Of a DNA stretch of 64,000 nucleotides, positions 38,181-47,947 are shown one piece after another. Numbering within the stretch: position 1 is the stretch's first letter; every line of letters starts with the position of its first letter. The position numbers and the translations under genes were made by a program. This stretch comes from Deltaproteobacteria bacterium. Lineage in GTDB: Bacteria > Desulfobacterota > Desulfuromonadia > Desulfuromonadales > BM103. Where the stretch lies: the NCBI GenBank assembly GCA_005774545.1, contig VAUL01000005.1, positions 11,489 through 75,488 on the forward strand. Direction: 5' to 3'. The notes beneath the pieces are model-generated. The model ran no database searches. It had not been told where the DNA came from and was given only the letters and a program-made list of their open reading frames with translations.

Positions 38181-38206
38181 GGGCGGCGGAATTTCTTCCG
38201 CCGCCC
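38181..38206. terminator. bidirectional rho-independent terminator between hcp and the phosphohexomutase gene
   Basis: Stem GGGCGGCGGA/TCCGCCGCCC, flanked by a T-rich run on the plus strand (ATTTTCATTTC) and on the minus strand (TTTCGTTT). Confidence 0.75.
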
Positions 38207-38232
38207 ATTTTCATTTCGCGTGCACTGCCCGC

Positions 38233-39654
38233 CTAGCCCTTGACCATCGCCACCGCCGCCTCGGTCAGCTCCCCGAGCGCGGCGGCGCTGCGCGCTTCGG
38301 CATAGACCCGGACCACCGGCTCGGTGCCGCTCTTGCGGAACAGCACCCAGCCGTCGCCTTCCAGCACCAGCTTGATCCCGTCGACGGTGATGACTTCCAG
38401 CACCTTGCGCCCGGCCAGGGTGGACGGCAGGTTCTGCATGCGCAGGGCGTAGCCGGCTTCCAGCGCCGGCGACAGGTGCAGGTTCTGGCGCCCGGTGTGA
38501 TACTCGCCGACCCGCCGGTAGAGATCGGCGAGCAGTTCGCGGAGGCTCTTCCCCTCCACCGCCACCATCTCCGCCACCAGCAGGCAGGCCAGGATGCCGT
38601 CCTTGTCGGGGACGTGGCCGCGCACGGTCAGCCCGGAACTCTCCTCGCCGCCGACGACGATCTGGTCGTCGCGAATGAATTCGCCGATGTACTTGAAGCC
38701 GACCGGCGTCTCGCGTACCCGGTAGCCGTGGTGCGCAGCCACGGCATCGACGAAGTGCGAGGTGGCCACCGAACGGGCCGCGTCACCCTTCTCCCCCTTG
38801 CGCCGCAGCAGGTAGTCGTAGAGCAGGGCCAGGATGTAGTTCGGTTCGATGTAGCTGCCGTCAAAGTCGACGATCCCGTAGCGGTCGGCGTCGCCGTCGG
38901 TGGCCAGGCCGAGTTTCACGGTCGGGTCGTTCTTGACGCGGACGATCAGGTCGTTGAGATGGGTCTTCGACGGATCGGGCGGCAGCCCGCCGAAATAGGG
39001 GTCGCGGTGGGCGTTCATGGTCTGCACCATCAGCCCGGATTCGACCAGCAGGGTGTCGAGGTAGCCGCGCCCGGCGCCGTACATCGGATCGACGATCATC
39101 GTCAGCCCGGAGCGGCCGATCGCCTCCAGGTCGATCCGCCGGCGCAACGCCTCGAGGTAGGCCGGCATCGGGTCGATCTCCGCGACCAGCCCGTTGCGCA
39201 CCGCCTGGTCGAGAGGGAGGTCGCGGTAGCAGATCTCGCCGAGCATGGCGTTGGCCCGGCGCTCGATGTCGGCGGTGACCTCCGGCAGGGCCGGACCGCC
39301 CCAGCTCGGGGAAAACTTGATACCGTTGTACTCGTGCGGGTTGTGGCTGGCCGTGAAGTTGATCGCCCCCCCTGCCCCGCGGCGCAGCAATTCGAAAGCG
39401 ATGACCGGCGTCGGCGTATCGCGGTTGCAGAGAAACACGGGGATCCCCGCCCCCGCCAGCACCCGGGCCGTCTCGCGGGCAAACCGCTCGCCGAAGAAGC
39501 GGCTGTCGTGTCCGACCACCACCCCTTTTTGCGCATCGCCGGCCGCCCGCAGATGATCGGCGATCGCCTGGGTGACGACGCGGACGTTGGCCAGCGTGAA
39601 GTCCTCGGCCAGAATGCCGCGCCAGCCGGATGTTCCGAACTTGATTTCAGGCAT
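38233..39654 (-). CDS. alpha-D-phosphohexomutase (phosphoglucomutase/phosphomannomutase family)
   Basis: FGTSGWRG...TASHNP..YNG.K...DGDADR motifs. Start at ATG 39652-39654 behind GGAGGAGG; the track ORF is over-extended. Confidence 0.9.
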   Translation of the reverse strand: MPEIKFGTSGWRGILAEDFTLANVRVVTQAIADHLRAAGDAQKGVVVGHDSRFFGERFARETARVLAGAGIPVFLCNRDTPTPVIAFELLRRGAGGAINFTASHNPHEYNGIKFSPSWGGPALPEVTADIERRANAMLGEICYRDLPLDQAVRNGLVAEIDPMPAYLEALRRRIDLEAIGRSGLTMIVDPMYGAGRGYLDTLLVESGLMVQTMNAHRDPYFGGLPPDPSKTHLNDLIVRVKNDPTVKLGLATDGDADRYGIVDFDGSYIEPNYILALLYDYLLRRKGEKGDAARSVATSHFVDAVAAHHGYRVRETPVGFKYIGEFIRDDQIVVGGEESSGLTVRGHVPDKDGILACLLVAEMVAVEGKSLRELLADLYRRVGEYHTGRQNLHLSPALEAGYALRMQNLPSTLAGRKVLEVITVDGIKLVLEGDGWVLFRKSGTEPVVRVYAEARSAAALGELTEAAVAMVKG

Positions 39655-39795
39655 CGATTCCTCCTCCGGATCGGTTGCACCGGTTGACATGCATCGAGTG
39701 ATCGGGGTAACAAAAGAGAAGTTAACCAATCGGCGGCGACTCGTCAATCGTTGCCGGCACGCCGACACAAACAGCACTATTCCGCACGTTTGTCC

Positions 39796-39825
39796 TTGAC
39801 AGCCACCCAGGGAACGGCGTATAAA
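39796..39825 (+). promoter_or_regulatory. near-consensus sigma-70 promoter for the PxxKW gene
   Basis: TTGACA (39796-39801) - 18 nt - TATAAA (39820-39825), about 55 nt upstream of ATG 39881. Confidence 0.55.
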
Positions 39826-39880
39826 GATTTGTTCAATCAGAACCTTAAGCCAGACAGCAGATATCAAAGGAGTCAGAGAG

Positions 39881-40171
39881 ATGCAGTGTCAAACGGTTCT
39901 CCCCGGTACCGAGTGTACTTTCTGGAGCAAGAGCGGCTGCGGCTACACCGGCGGCAGCTGCGAAAACATCGTCGCCGATTGCGAGGGATGTGAGCGCGTC
40001 GTCGAAGGGACCATCGGCAAGGTCTGCTCGCTGGCCCCCTCCCCGACCCACAAGTGGTCCGGCGGGATGTGCAACTTCGCCACCCACCGCCGCATCGAGA
40101 TCAAGGTCGAGGAACTCAAGATCAACCCCCTCAAGGCGTCCAAGAAGGCGGCCGGCGGCAAGAAGAAGTAA
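39881..40171 (+). CDS. PxxKW family cysteine-rich protein with Lys-rich tail
   Basis: 8 Cys (C..C....C......C......C..C...........C); PTHKW matches the PxxKW signature; C-terminal KINPLKASKKAAGGKKK; AAAGGAG SD. Confidence 0.75.
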   Translation: MQCQTVLPGTECTFWSKSGCGYTGGSCENIVADCEGCERVVEGTIGKVCSLAPSPTHKWSGGMCNFATHRRIEIKVEELKINPLKASKKAAGGKKK

Positions 40172-40197
40172 GCCCCGCCCGCATTGCCGTTTCGGTC

Positions 40198-40236
40198 GAA
40201 AGGCCGGTGTCGCAAGACACCGGCCTTTCCCTTTTC
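40198..40236 (+). terminator. terminator hairpin between convergent PxxKW and giant genes
   Basis: 14-bp stem GAAAGGCCGGTGTC/GACACCGGCCTTTC with a GCAA loop, followed by CCTTTTC. Confidence 0.65.
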
Positions 40237-40250
40237 GCCGCCGTGGCCGT

Positions 40251-43200
40251 CTATCGTATCACCGTCGTCGTCACCGGTCCCTTGACGGCGCTGTCTACGT
40301 AGTTGTCCTTGACCGCCCTGACCGTGTAGCTGTAGCTGCCGGTCCCCTTCCCCGTGAAGTTGACGTACCGGTTCGCGCCGCGATACACCTCCGCGCCGTT
40401 CTCGTACAAGACGTAGGTCGGACTCGCCGTCCCGAAACTCGCCTCCCAGTAGATCCGGTAGCTCCCCGTCGTGTTGGCGGCCGGCCCGTAAAGTCCGGCG
40501 ATCGCTCCGCAGGTCAGCGTCACGCTGGTCGTCATCGCCGTCGCGGCGCTGTCCACATATCCGTCCTTGATCGCCTTCACGGCATAGACATAACTGCCGC
40601 TCTGGGTCTGAACAATGTCCTTGTAGTAACCGGCTCCGCGGTAGATCTCGCGGCCGTTCTCGGTGAGCACGTAGGTTACCCCGGGGGTGCTGCTGATCTT
40701 CCAGTTGATCCGGTATGTCGCTGCCGTGCTGCCCGCCGGACCGTAGATCACCGGAGCGACGCAGGTCTTGTTCACCGTCACCGCCAGGCCATCCTTCACC
40801 GGGCCGTCGGCAAAACCTGCCTTGACCGCCCTGACCGCGTAGGCATAGCTGCCGTTGGGCCGGTCGGCAAGGTTCACGTAACGATTCGGCCCCCGGTAGA
40901 CCTCGACGCCGTTCTCGGTCAGCACATAAGTCGCGTCCGGGGTATTGGCACTGGCCTCCCAGTAGACCCTGTAGGTGCCGTTGGCCACCGCGGCGGCGGA
41001 CGTGCCGTAGATGTAAAGACCACTGATCGAGCCACACGGCGTGGTCGGCACGGAGAGCAGGCCGAACAGGCTGAAGTGCGGCGCCTTCCCCGCCAGCGTA
41101 TGATTCTGCTTGTCATGGGTCACGTTCTGCAGCGGTTCCCAAAGTCTCGTCACCGGATCGTATACCACCAGCTGCAGGGTGTCGGCCTTCACGTTGAGCC
41201 CATCGACATAGCCGTCATCGTCCTGGTCCTCGTACGGCAGGATGATCACCGGCTCCTTCCCCTGGGTGAAGGTCGTCTGCCCCGACAGCAGCGTCACATC
41301 GACGAAGGTGCCGGCGTGGGCCTTGCCGTTGAGTTTGTCACCGAGCAGTTCCAGCGGCGGCTGGGCCACCAGCAGCACGTCATCGGTCTGCAAGGCCTCC
41401 CCCTGAATCACGATCATGATCGGTTCGGTGTCACCGTCGGTGCCGACCTCGATCCGGTTCTCGCGGGTCTGGGCCAGTTGTCCCTGGCCGTTCTCGTTCC
41501 CGCCAGGATCGCGATTCTCCACCACCTCCGGCTGGTGATGATCGATAGTCAGGGTGATGGCCTGCGGGTTGCCGTCGGTCGCGGCCCCCGCGCTCGCCAC
41601 GGCCCGCAGGTCGTAGAGCCCTTCGGCCAGCTGGCTGACGTCCCACTTGGTGAAGTACGGCGCGTCGCCGTCGGGGTTGGGGTGCTCCACCAACGCCGCC
41701 GGGATGTCGACCCAGGCAGCGCCGCCAGCCGGCTTGTACTGGAAGAGCATGCTGTCGACGGAGTTGCCGCCGCAGAAGGAGACTTCGGCCTGCACGTGCA
41801 GATTGTTGCCGCTCACCCGCTTGCCGGCCCCGGGGATCTTGATGCTCGCCAGCGGCGCCCCGAAATTGGCGGGGATGTAGAGTTTGACCTGGGTGGTCCC
41901 ATCGTCCTCGCCGGTCGGGTTCTTCGCCTTCAGCACGAAGGCGTACCAGGCGTCGGCGTTCAACGGGCCGGAGGTCCAGCTGAAGGTGCGGGCATCCGTC
42001 GCCGCCCAGGTCGAGGCCGGCGGAGCAGCCGTATACAGCAGATAGTTCGTTACGTCCCGGGTACTCGATGCCGTCCAGGTCACCGTCACCGTGCGGTCGC
42101 AGTTCAAGGTTGCCCGAAGATCCGTCGGCGGCAGCGGCAGCATGCCGACCGGGGTGACGGATACCTCATTGCTGAGGGCGCTCTCCGTTCCGGCCTGGTT
42201 CACTGCGCTGACACGGTAGCTGTAGGCGGTGCCGTTGGCGAGGTTGGTATCAAGGTAGCCGGCGGTCAACACCGCGTACGGAGTGATCTTCACGCCATCG
42301 CGGTAGACATGGTAACCGGCGAGATCCACGGCGCTCACCGCACCCCAGGTCAAAAGCGCCTTGCCGTTATCCGCCGTGCCGGCCAGATTTTGCGGCGCAG
42401 CCGGCGGCAGCGTCGCCTGACGGTTGAGCGTGATGTTCTGGGTCGAAACGGCATTGGCGATGGTAACCCCGTAGCTGCCGGCGACGAACAGCACGCTCCC
42501 CCCCGCCTCCCCGGCGGTCAGGGTATAGCTGCCGGGGGCGATCCCGGTGAGCACATACCATCCGTTCAGGTCGGTGGTCACGCTCCGGCCGGCCATCGTC
42601 ACCTCGATGCCGGAGAGGGGCTTGCCGGTCCCGGCTTCCGTCACGGTCCCCGCGACACCTCGGCGGGTCGGAGTCACGGCGGAACCGGTCGCTGCGGCGC
42701 TGAACTGGTTGCCCGCGGAAACCGGAACAATGGCGACATAGGCCGGAACGTTGTCCGGCAACCCTTCGAGCGCGAGGGAGAACGTCGAACCGCTCAGCAC
42801 CCGGAAAGGTGACAGTCCGGCAACGGTGACGAACGGCGCAGCACTGACGTAAACGGCGAAGCGGTCGACCGGATCGGCATAGGTGCTCCAATCGGCCACA
42901 ACCGTACCGCCCTGCCGGGTGTCGATCAGAACCAGCCCCGTCACCACCGGCGGGATGTACCCGTTCAGCGGGTCGGTGCCGTTGGCAATCTCGTCGTCGT
43001 TGGAGATTCCGTCGCCGTCCATGTCGGGATCGCAGGCATTGCCGAGGCCGTCGTCGTCGAGGTCGGCCTGGTCGGGGTTGGCGGCAGCCGGGCAGTTGTC
43101 GCGGTTGTCGGTCAGGACGTCGCCGTCCGTGTCGGCAAGGAGTCCCCCCTTGACCGACCAGACGTGGTAATGGTTCCCCTTGGCCTCGATCTCGACCATG

Positions 43201-46200
43201 CCGAAATCCATGCCGACGGTCCAGGCGGAGGCACCCGGATCGGGGGCGTAGCTGGTCGATGACCAGTAGTTGTAATCGACCACGTTGTCGAAGGGATGGC
43301 CGGCGGGGAGCGCCGTCCCGAACTCCGAGTGGTCAACCAGGGACGAAAGCTCGCGCCGGTTGGGGAGCCGCCAGTCACCGGCAACGGAGCCATCCGCCAG
43401 GCCGCAGATGCCGGCGGCAAGGGCATTGTTCCAGGCGAGCGCATCGCCCCACGACAGGTACCCGTTGGGGCGGGAGATCCCGCCGGCGGTCTCGGTGCAG
43501 TTGGCATTCTTGAGCCAGATCAGGCCGGTCAAAAGGTCGGTCACCGTGCCGTCGCCGTTGACGGCAAAGCGCGGGGCAGGATTGGCGACACCCTTTTCGA
43601 GGGCGCCGTCGTCACCGGCGGCGTAACTGGTCGTCTGGCCGGACTTCATCGGCCGCGCAGGCGCTAACGGCGAGGCCCCGTCGCGTACCGGCCAGGCCAG
43701 CATGGTGTCGGTCCTGTAAAAGGCGCCGACATAGCCGTCGGCCAGATCGACGTACCACGAGAAGGAAGTGAAGGCGCTGGCGTCGGTCGTCGCGGTCCAG
43801 TACAGGTCGGGGCCGGCGTTGGCAAACGGGTGCCCGGACGGAAGCGCCGGAGCGATTCCATCCGGATCGCCCTGCCCGGCATCGATCAGGCTCTCCATTT
43901 CCTTCACGTTCGGCAGTCGCCACTGCCCGGCGACCGAACCGTCGGCAAGGCCGCAGGCTCCCTCGGCCAGATTATTGGCGGCGGCCAGGGCTCCGGCCCA
44001 GTTCTGTGCAGCGAAACAGCCGGCGTCCCTCAACCAGACCAGGCCGGTCAGATTGTCGCTTACCGTGCCATCGCCGTTGTCGGTAAAGCGCGGCGCCGGA
44101 GAAGTGACCCCGGCCTTGATGGCGCCGTCCTGCCCGGTGCCCTGGCACGGGATCCCCCCCCCTGCCGGATTCCAGCAGACGGCCTGACCGGTACGTGGCA
44201 GACTGAGGTTGGGGCTCAGCGGGTCGGTGGCGTTGGCGATCTCGTCGTCGTTGGGGATCCCGTCGCCGTCCATGTCGGGATCGCAGGCATTGCCGAGGCC
44301 GTCGCCGTCGAGGTCGGCCTGGTCGGGGTTGGCGACAGCCGGGCAGTTGTCGAGTGGATCACCGATGCCATCGGCGTCCGGGTCGACAAGTGTCGTAATC
44401 ACGACCTGGCCGGTGTTTTCCGACTCGTTGCCGGAGGTGTCGACGGCTCGTACCGTATAGTAATAGGTTTCCCCTTGAGCAACGGGCGCATCGACAGTCG
44501 ACTGCCCGGTCACATTGTCGGCGAGCAGAACCCCCAATTCTCCCGGCACCACTGATCGATAAATGCGGATGTGAGAGAAATCGATGTCAGCGGGATTCGT
44601 CCAGCCGATGCTTACGGAGCCGACCCCGCTGTTGGCAACAACAGGATTGGCGGGTGCCGAAGGCGGGGTGCAATCCCGGCCGGCATTGACGATGCCGGAG
44701 ACAATCTCCACCAGCGCACCGGAGATCGAACCCGTATCAAACGCGTTTCGGAACAGGCCGCCGCCTGCTGCCGCCGCGTTGCGCAGCATCGCGTCCTCCG
44801 ACTGGAAGGCCAGAAGCAGATGAGTGGTGATATCGCCGGTTCTGGCGTCGCCGTTGACATCCGCCTCCTTGTGCAGGAAAGCAGCGACATCATCGAGGAG
44901 ATGGGTGCCAAGACCGTACACGGTCGACGACGAATCGCCCAGCACCTCGCGACCGTCACCATCCCAGTCACCGAGATTGGGGGTGCCGGTGTCCTGGTTC
45001 GGCAACCCGTTCGTCAGGAAGATGATGTGGTTGTTGCCGCACGGATTGGGGGATGGCACCCGGCTGAGCAGATTGATTTGCTGCTTGACCGGCAGCGTGC
45101 CGTCAATATTTCGGTACGTCGCCCCCAAATAGTAGCCGGCATCGTAGAGCGCCTCGGATTGAGGACGGTTCGGCCCCGAAACGATCGTATCCGGACAAGA
45201 CCAGTTGCCGAAGCCATCCTGTACACAGGAAGACATCCGGGGAAGAGCATCGATGAGCGCCTGCACCTCGGCGGCGGTAGCCGTGGGGGCAAGGATGTCA
45301 TGGCCGACAACAGCGCCCTGATTCATCGGGTTGTAGGTCAGGAAACCGTAGTTGACTGACGCGCTGGTCCCCTGGATGACCGGCACCAGGGCATTGTAGA
45401 TGGCCTGGCGCTGGGTGACGGGATTTTGCTGGGCATAGAAATCCCAGGAGTAATATCCTACGGCCTTCTGCCGGGATTCCCCCTGACAGGATACCGTATC
45501 CCCCGGCACCGCACTCAAGCTCTGCAACCCGGTCTTCCAACCGTCCCTGCCGGTGTAGCCGGCCACGAGATTGCCTCCGGCATCGATCTCGTGGGTAATG
45601 GCCGTTGGATCGGTTTTAGCGAGCAGGGTCCAGTAAATCTGCCAACTGGCGCCGATCCCGGGTTCCATGGCAGACGTGGACGACGGAGCGATGTTGGCAA
45701 TCAGCCTGTATTTTTTAGGTACGCCACCGGACCAGACACCGTGCGCTATAACCACGGTCCGCCCGTCGCAACTGGCTGGCTGCTGGCCGGATGTTTCAAG
45801 GTAATTAAGATAGTGCCCGGTCGCATAAACCGCGCCGTTTGGCGCGCTAGCGCATCCCCCATCAGGGCTCAGGTTCGGATTCGTTGCCGTCCCCGCCCCC
45901 GAGTAGACCCCGTAACTACCCAGAACAGACCCGACATCGAGCACATCCCCGCCACTGGACGTCACCTGGCAAACCACGTTGGCCAGCGTTACCGGAGTTG
46001 CGCCGCCGAGAACGCGACTGGGCGAGAAATCTCCCAGTTGATCGACATAGTAAATCAGGTTGGAAACGTAGCTCCCCGTCAGGTAGGCCGGATCACCGGG
46101 ACTGTAGGCCTCTCCGGAAGCAGCGTTCAATGTCGCGCGACTGGTATCGATGATAAAGAGCACGTTCGGCTTGGGGGGCTGAGGACCGGAACAGACATCG

Positions 46201-47513
46201 CAAAGGTCGGCAACCGACGGGTTGCCGCCGCCGGCAAACTCCTGTCCGTTCGTCATGCCGTCGCCGTCGTTGTCCTGGGCGGCATCGGCAGCGTTCAGCG
46301 GATCGAGGCCATAGGTCACTTCCCAGACATCCGGCATCCCGTCGTTGTCGTCATCCGCATCACAGGCATCACCCTGCCCGTCGGTATCGGTATCCTGTTG
46401 ATCGATGTTGGCAATTGAGGGGCAGTTGTCATCGATGTTCGCGACCCCATCCGCGTCCGTGTCAACCAGGTTTACGTCGGTGGCGGAGTTGATTGCGCCA
46501 GCCACAACCACCGTGGCCAGGGTGGTGATCGTGTCTGTATGTGCAGGCACCAACGGATCGGCTACAACGGCATTGACCGTGAACGTCACGCTGCCGTTTG
46601 CCGGCATGACGGGAATGGTTGCTCCGGCGTTCTGCATCTCTGCCACGGTGATGCCCGGACAGGTCGCCCCTCCCGAAGCGCTGCAGGTGACGCTGGCGAC
46701 GGCAAGATTATTCGCCAGGGGACTGGTGAATACCGCATTGCTCAGCGGAGCACCGGTGGTATTGGTGACGGTGACTGAATAGGCAAGCGAGGCCCCGGGG
46801 CTGACGACCTCAACTCCATCGGTGATGGTGATGGCCGGAAGCACGATGACATTGACGGTACCGTACTGGACCTCGGTGGCGACCGTAACGTCCGGTGCGT
46901 TGCACTTTGAGCTGGTATTGGGGACCGGATCGGCGATCGAGGTGCAATCGGCGCCGGTCGGGCTCGCCTGGTTGTCCCAACTGACAACGAAGGGAATGAA
47001 CAGGTTGCCGTTGCTGAGGGGGATCGCGCGGCAGGCCACCGGAACGGAAGCATAGCGCACCACACCCGAGCCGGTGTCGCCGTTGATGGTGCCGCTGCCG
47101 TCGCCGCAGGTGTCGAGGCCGCCGTTGGGGTCAAGATCGGAAAACGGACCGGTGTTTGGCAGAATCCCGACCATGCAGCCGGTGGCACCGCCGTTCTCTG
47201 AAAGAAGCTGGGGATCCTTGCCGTCGTTGGCAAGGAAGATGCCGACATCCCAGCGGTCCGGGGTGGCAAAGTTGACCGTGATGTCAAAATCGGCCGTGAA
47301 CGTGGTGCCGCCGACACAGGACGTCGGGTTGCCCGGGGCGACGGCGATGCCGGTGATGGAGACGTCGTTGGCCGTACAGAGCAGATCACTGCCAAAGCGC
47401 GAGCCGACACATTCATTGACGCCATAGGCATGAGCCGAAGCTGCAAACGAGACCATGCAGACCGAAACAGCCAATGCTCCCCACAACCGTGCCCAGATGT
47501 TCGTGATCTTCAT
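40251..47513 (-). CDS. 2420-aa secreted mosaic adhesin-like protein (signal peptide; DUF11-like repeat; 3 thrombospondin type-3 Ca-binding blocks; vWA/PilY1-N-like region; Fn3 domains; 2 DUF1566/Lcl-C domains; CarboxypepD_reg-like domain; 3 C-terminal tandem repeats)
   Basis: Signal peptide [32 protein letters not shown]3 blocks such as DTDADGV.N.DDNCP..AN.DQ.D.D.DG.GDACD. Fn3 such as [25 protein letters not shown]1566 as [20 protein letters not shown]...[13 protein letters not shown]...W.V....G.......WPVRDG, twice. CarboxypepD_reg-like [44 protein letters not shown]. Confidence 0.85.
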   Translation of the reverse strand: MKITNIWARLWGALAVSVCMVSFAASAHAYGVNECVGSRFGSDLLCTANDVSITGIAVAPGNPTSCVGGTTFTADFDITVNFATPDRWDVGIFLANDGKDPQLLSENGGATGCMVGILPNTGPFSDLDPNGGLDTCGDGSGTINGDTGSGVVRYASVPVACRAIPLSNGNLFIPFVVSWDNQASPTGADCTSIADPVPNTSSKCNAPDVTVATEVQYGTVNVIVLPAITITDGVEVVSPGASLAYSVTVTNTTGAPLSNAVFTSPLANNLAVASVTCSASGGATCPGITVAEMQNAGATIPVMPANGSVTFTVNAVVADPLVPAHTDTITTLATVVVAGAINSATDVNLVDTDADGVANIDDNCPSIANIDQQDTDTDGQGDACDADDDNDGMPDVWEVTYGLDPLNAADAAQDNDGDGMTNGQEFAGGGNPSVADLCDVCSGPQPPKPNVLFIIDTSRATLNAASGEAYSPGDPAYLTGSYVSNLIYYVDQLGDFSPSRVLGGATPVTLANVVCQVTSSGGDVLDVGSVLGSYGVYSGAGTATNPNLSPDGGCASAPNGAVYATGHYLNYLETSGQQPASCDGRTVVIAHGVWSGGVPKKYRLIANIAPSSTSAMEPGIGASWQIYWTLLAKTDPTAITHEIDAGGNLVAGYTGRDGWKTGLQSLSAVPGDTVSCQGESRQKAVGYYSWDFYAQQNPVTQRQAIYNALVPVIQGTSASVNYGFLTYNPMNQGAVVGHDILAPTATAAEVQALIDALPRMSSCVQDGFGNWSCPDTIVSGPNRPQSEALYDAGYYLGATYRNIDGTLPVKQQINLLSRVPSPNPCGNNHIIFLTNGLPNQDTGTPNLGDWDGDGREVLGDSSSTVYGLGTHLLDDVAAFLHKEADVNGDARTGDITTHLLLAFQSEDAMLRNAAAAGGGLFRNAFDTGSISGALVEIVSGIVNAGRDCTPPSAPANPVVANSGVGSVSIGWTNPADIDFSHIRIYRSVVPGELGVLLADNVTGQSTVDAPVAQGETYYYTVRAVDTSGNESENTGQVVITTLVDPDADGIGDPLDNCPAVANPDQADLDGDGLGNACDPDMDGDGIPNDDEIANATDPLSPNLSLPRTGQAVCWNPAGGGIPCQGTGQDGAIKAGVTSPAPRFTDNGDGTVSDNLTGLVWLRDAGCFAAQNWAGALAAANNLAEGACGLADGSVAGQWRLPNVKEMESLIDAGQGDPDGIAPALPSGHPFANAGPDLYWTATTDASAFTSFSWYVDLADGYVGAFYRTDTMLAWPVRDGASPLAPARPMKSGQTTSYAAGDDGALEKGVANPAPRFAVNGDGTVTDLLTGLIWLKNANCTETAGGISRPNGYLSWGDALAWNNALAAGICGLADGSVAGDWRLPNRRELSSLVDHSEFGTALPAGHPFDNVVDYNYWSSTSYAPDPGASAWTVGMDFGMVEIEAKGNHYHVWSVKGGLLADTDGDVLTDNRDNCPAAANPDQADLDDDGLGNACDPDMDGDGISNDDEIANGTDPLNGYIPPVVTGLVLIDTRQGGTVVADWSTYADPVDRFAVYVSAAPFVTVAGLSPFRVLSGSTFSLALEGLPDNVPAYVAIVPVSAGNQFSAAATGSAVTPTRRGVAGTVTEAGTGKPLSGIEVTMAGRSVTTDLNGWYVLTGIAPGSYTLTAGEAGGSVLFVAGSYGVTIANAVSTQNITLNRQATLPPAAPQNLAGTADNGKALLTWGAVSAVDLAGYHVYRDGVKITPYAVLTAGYLDTNLANGTAYSYRVSAVNQAGTESALSNEVSVTPVGMLPLPPTDLRATLNCDRTVTVTWTASSTRDVTNYLLYTAAPPASTWAATDARTFSWTSGPLNADAWYAFVLKAKNPTGEDDGTTQVKLYIPANFGAPLASIKIPGAGKRVSGNNLHVQAEVSFCGGNSVDSMLFQYKPAGGAAWVDIPAALVEHPNPDGDAPYFTKWDVSQLAEGLYDLRAVASAGAATDGNPQAITLTIDHHQPEVVENRDPGGNENGQGQLAQTRENRIEVGTDGDTEPIMIVIQGEALQTDDVLLVAQPPLELLGDKLNGKAHAGTFVDVTLLSGQTTFTQGKEPVIILPYEDQDDDGYVDGLNVKADTLQLVVYDPVTRLWEPLQNVTHDKQNHTLAGKAPHFSLFGLLSVPTTPCGSISGLYIYGTSAAAVANGTYRVYWEASANTPDATYVLTENGVEVYRGPNRYVNLADRPNGSYAYAVRAVKAGFADGPVKDGLAVTVNKTCVAPVIYGPAGSTAATYRINWKISSTPGVTYVLTENGREIYRGAGYYKDIVQTQSGSYVYAVKAIKDGYVDSAATAMTTSVTLTCGAIAGLYGPAANTTGSYRIYWEASFGTASPTYVLYENGAEVYRGANRYVNFTGKGTGSYSYTVRAVKDNYVDSAVKGPVTTTVIR
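40254..41036 (-). repeat. three tandem ~85-91-aa C-terminal protein repeats, each beginning with Cys
   Basis: The three repeats are [20 protein letters not shown]...[20 protein letters not shown]......[30 protein letters not shown]...[15 protein letters not shown]......[13 protein letters not shown] and [19 protein letters not shown]...[20 protein letters not shown]...[13 protein letters not shown]. Confidence 0.8.
42966..43101 (-). repeat. intragenic direct repeat copy A (TSP3 block), 130/136 identical to copy B
   Basis: Hand alignment with 44217-44352 shows 6 mismatches. The offset is exactly 1251 nt (417 codons). Confidence 0.9.
44217..44352 (-). repeat. intragenic direct repeat copy B (TSP3 block)
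   Basis: See copy A. Both copies encode [41 protein letters not shown]. Confidence 0.9.
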
Positions 47514-47540
47514 GGTGCCCCCAATCGGTTACTGGACCCT

Positions 47541-47578
47541 GAATACAAAACGCCCCTCTCCTCACTGAAGACGGGCGC
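47541..47578 (-). terminator. intrinsic terminator/attenuator in the 5' leader of the giant gene (riboswitch expression platform candidate)
   Basis: The minus strand reads CGCCCGUCUUCAGUGAGGAGAGGGGCG followed by UUUUGUAUU, 25-60 nt upstream of the ATG at 47513. Confidence 0.6.
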
Positions 47579-47619
47579 CCAAGGGTGTAAACCCTGCCTG
47601 CAACTTCCCCCTGAATATC

Positions 47620-47712
47620 ACGCTCTCTTCGGCGGCCCGGCCGGCCCGCGAGTCAGGGCCCCGAGGCTTTGCGACACCGGCTCTCACCGGTTGTGCCTTT
47701 ATCGGAGAACAA
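47620..47712 (-). promoter_or_regulatory. GEMM-I (c-di-GMP-I class) riboswitch aptamer candidate
   Basis: The minus strand reads GAUAAAGGCACAACC-GGUGAGAGCCGG-UGUCGCAAAGCC-UCGGGGCCCUGACUCGCGGGCCGGCCGGGCCGCCGAAGAGAG. It has a GGCA.A.CC start, a 6-bp hairpin capped by the GNRA loop GAGA, the near-invariant CGCAAAGCC linker, a GC-rich second hairpin and a GCCGAA close. It aligns by eye to V. cholerae Vc2. Confidence 0.72.
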
Positions 47713-47842
47713 ACAACAGCAGGGGACGCAAGAATCACGCCTAACAAGCTGATTTGAATACATTTCTTGTCGACGGTCTCACATTTGTCTCACCACGCGT
47801 TCTAAGTCGCTGGAAACACAACATCAGACTGAGAACGCCTGC

Positions 47843-47880
47843 AAAAAACCAGTGGGGACAGGCCAAAACCTGTCCCCACT
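47843..47880 (-). terminator. strong rho-independent terminator after lrgB
   Basis: 12-bp stem AGTGGGGACAGG/CCTGTCCCCACT with a 6-nt loop, followed on the minus strand by GGTTTTTTGC. Confidence 0.85.
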
Positions 47881-47947
47881 GTCGGACGGCACACATCCCG
47901 TCCTTTAACGACGAGGACGTGAAAAAGCGATCTCCGGCGAACCGTCC

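Noticed and set aside
43100-44220. Possible diversity-generating retroelement target, since DUF1566/C-type-lectin-fold domains are frequent DGR variable proteins
   Set aside because: The window has no reverse transcriptase gene. I found no template/variable repeat pair with adenine-specific mismatches. The two DUF1566 copies are broadly diverged, and the near-identical repeats are the flanking TSP3 blocks with non-A-specific differences.
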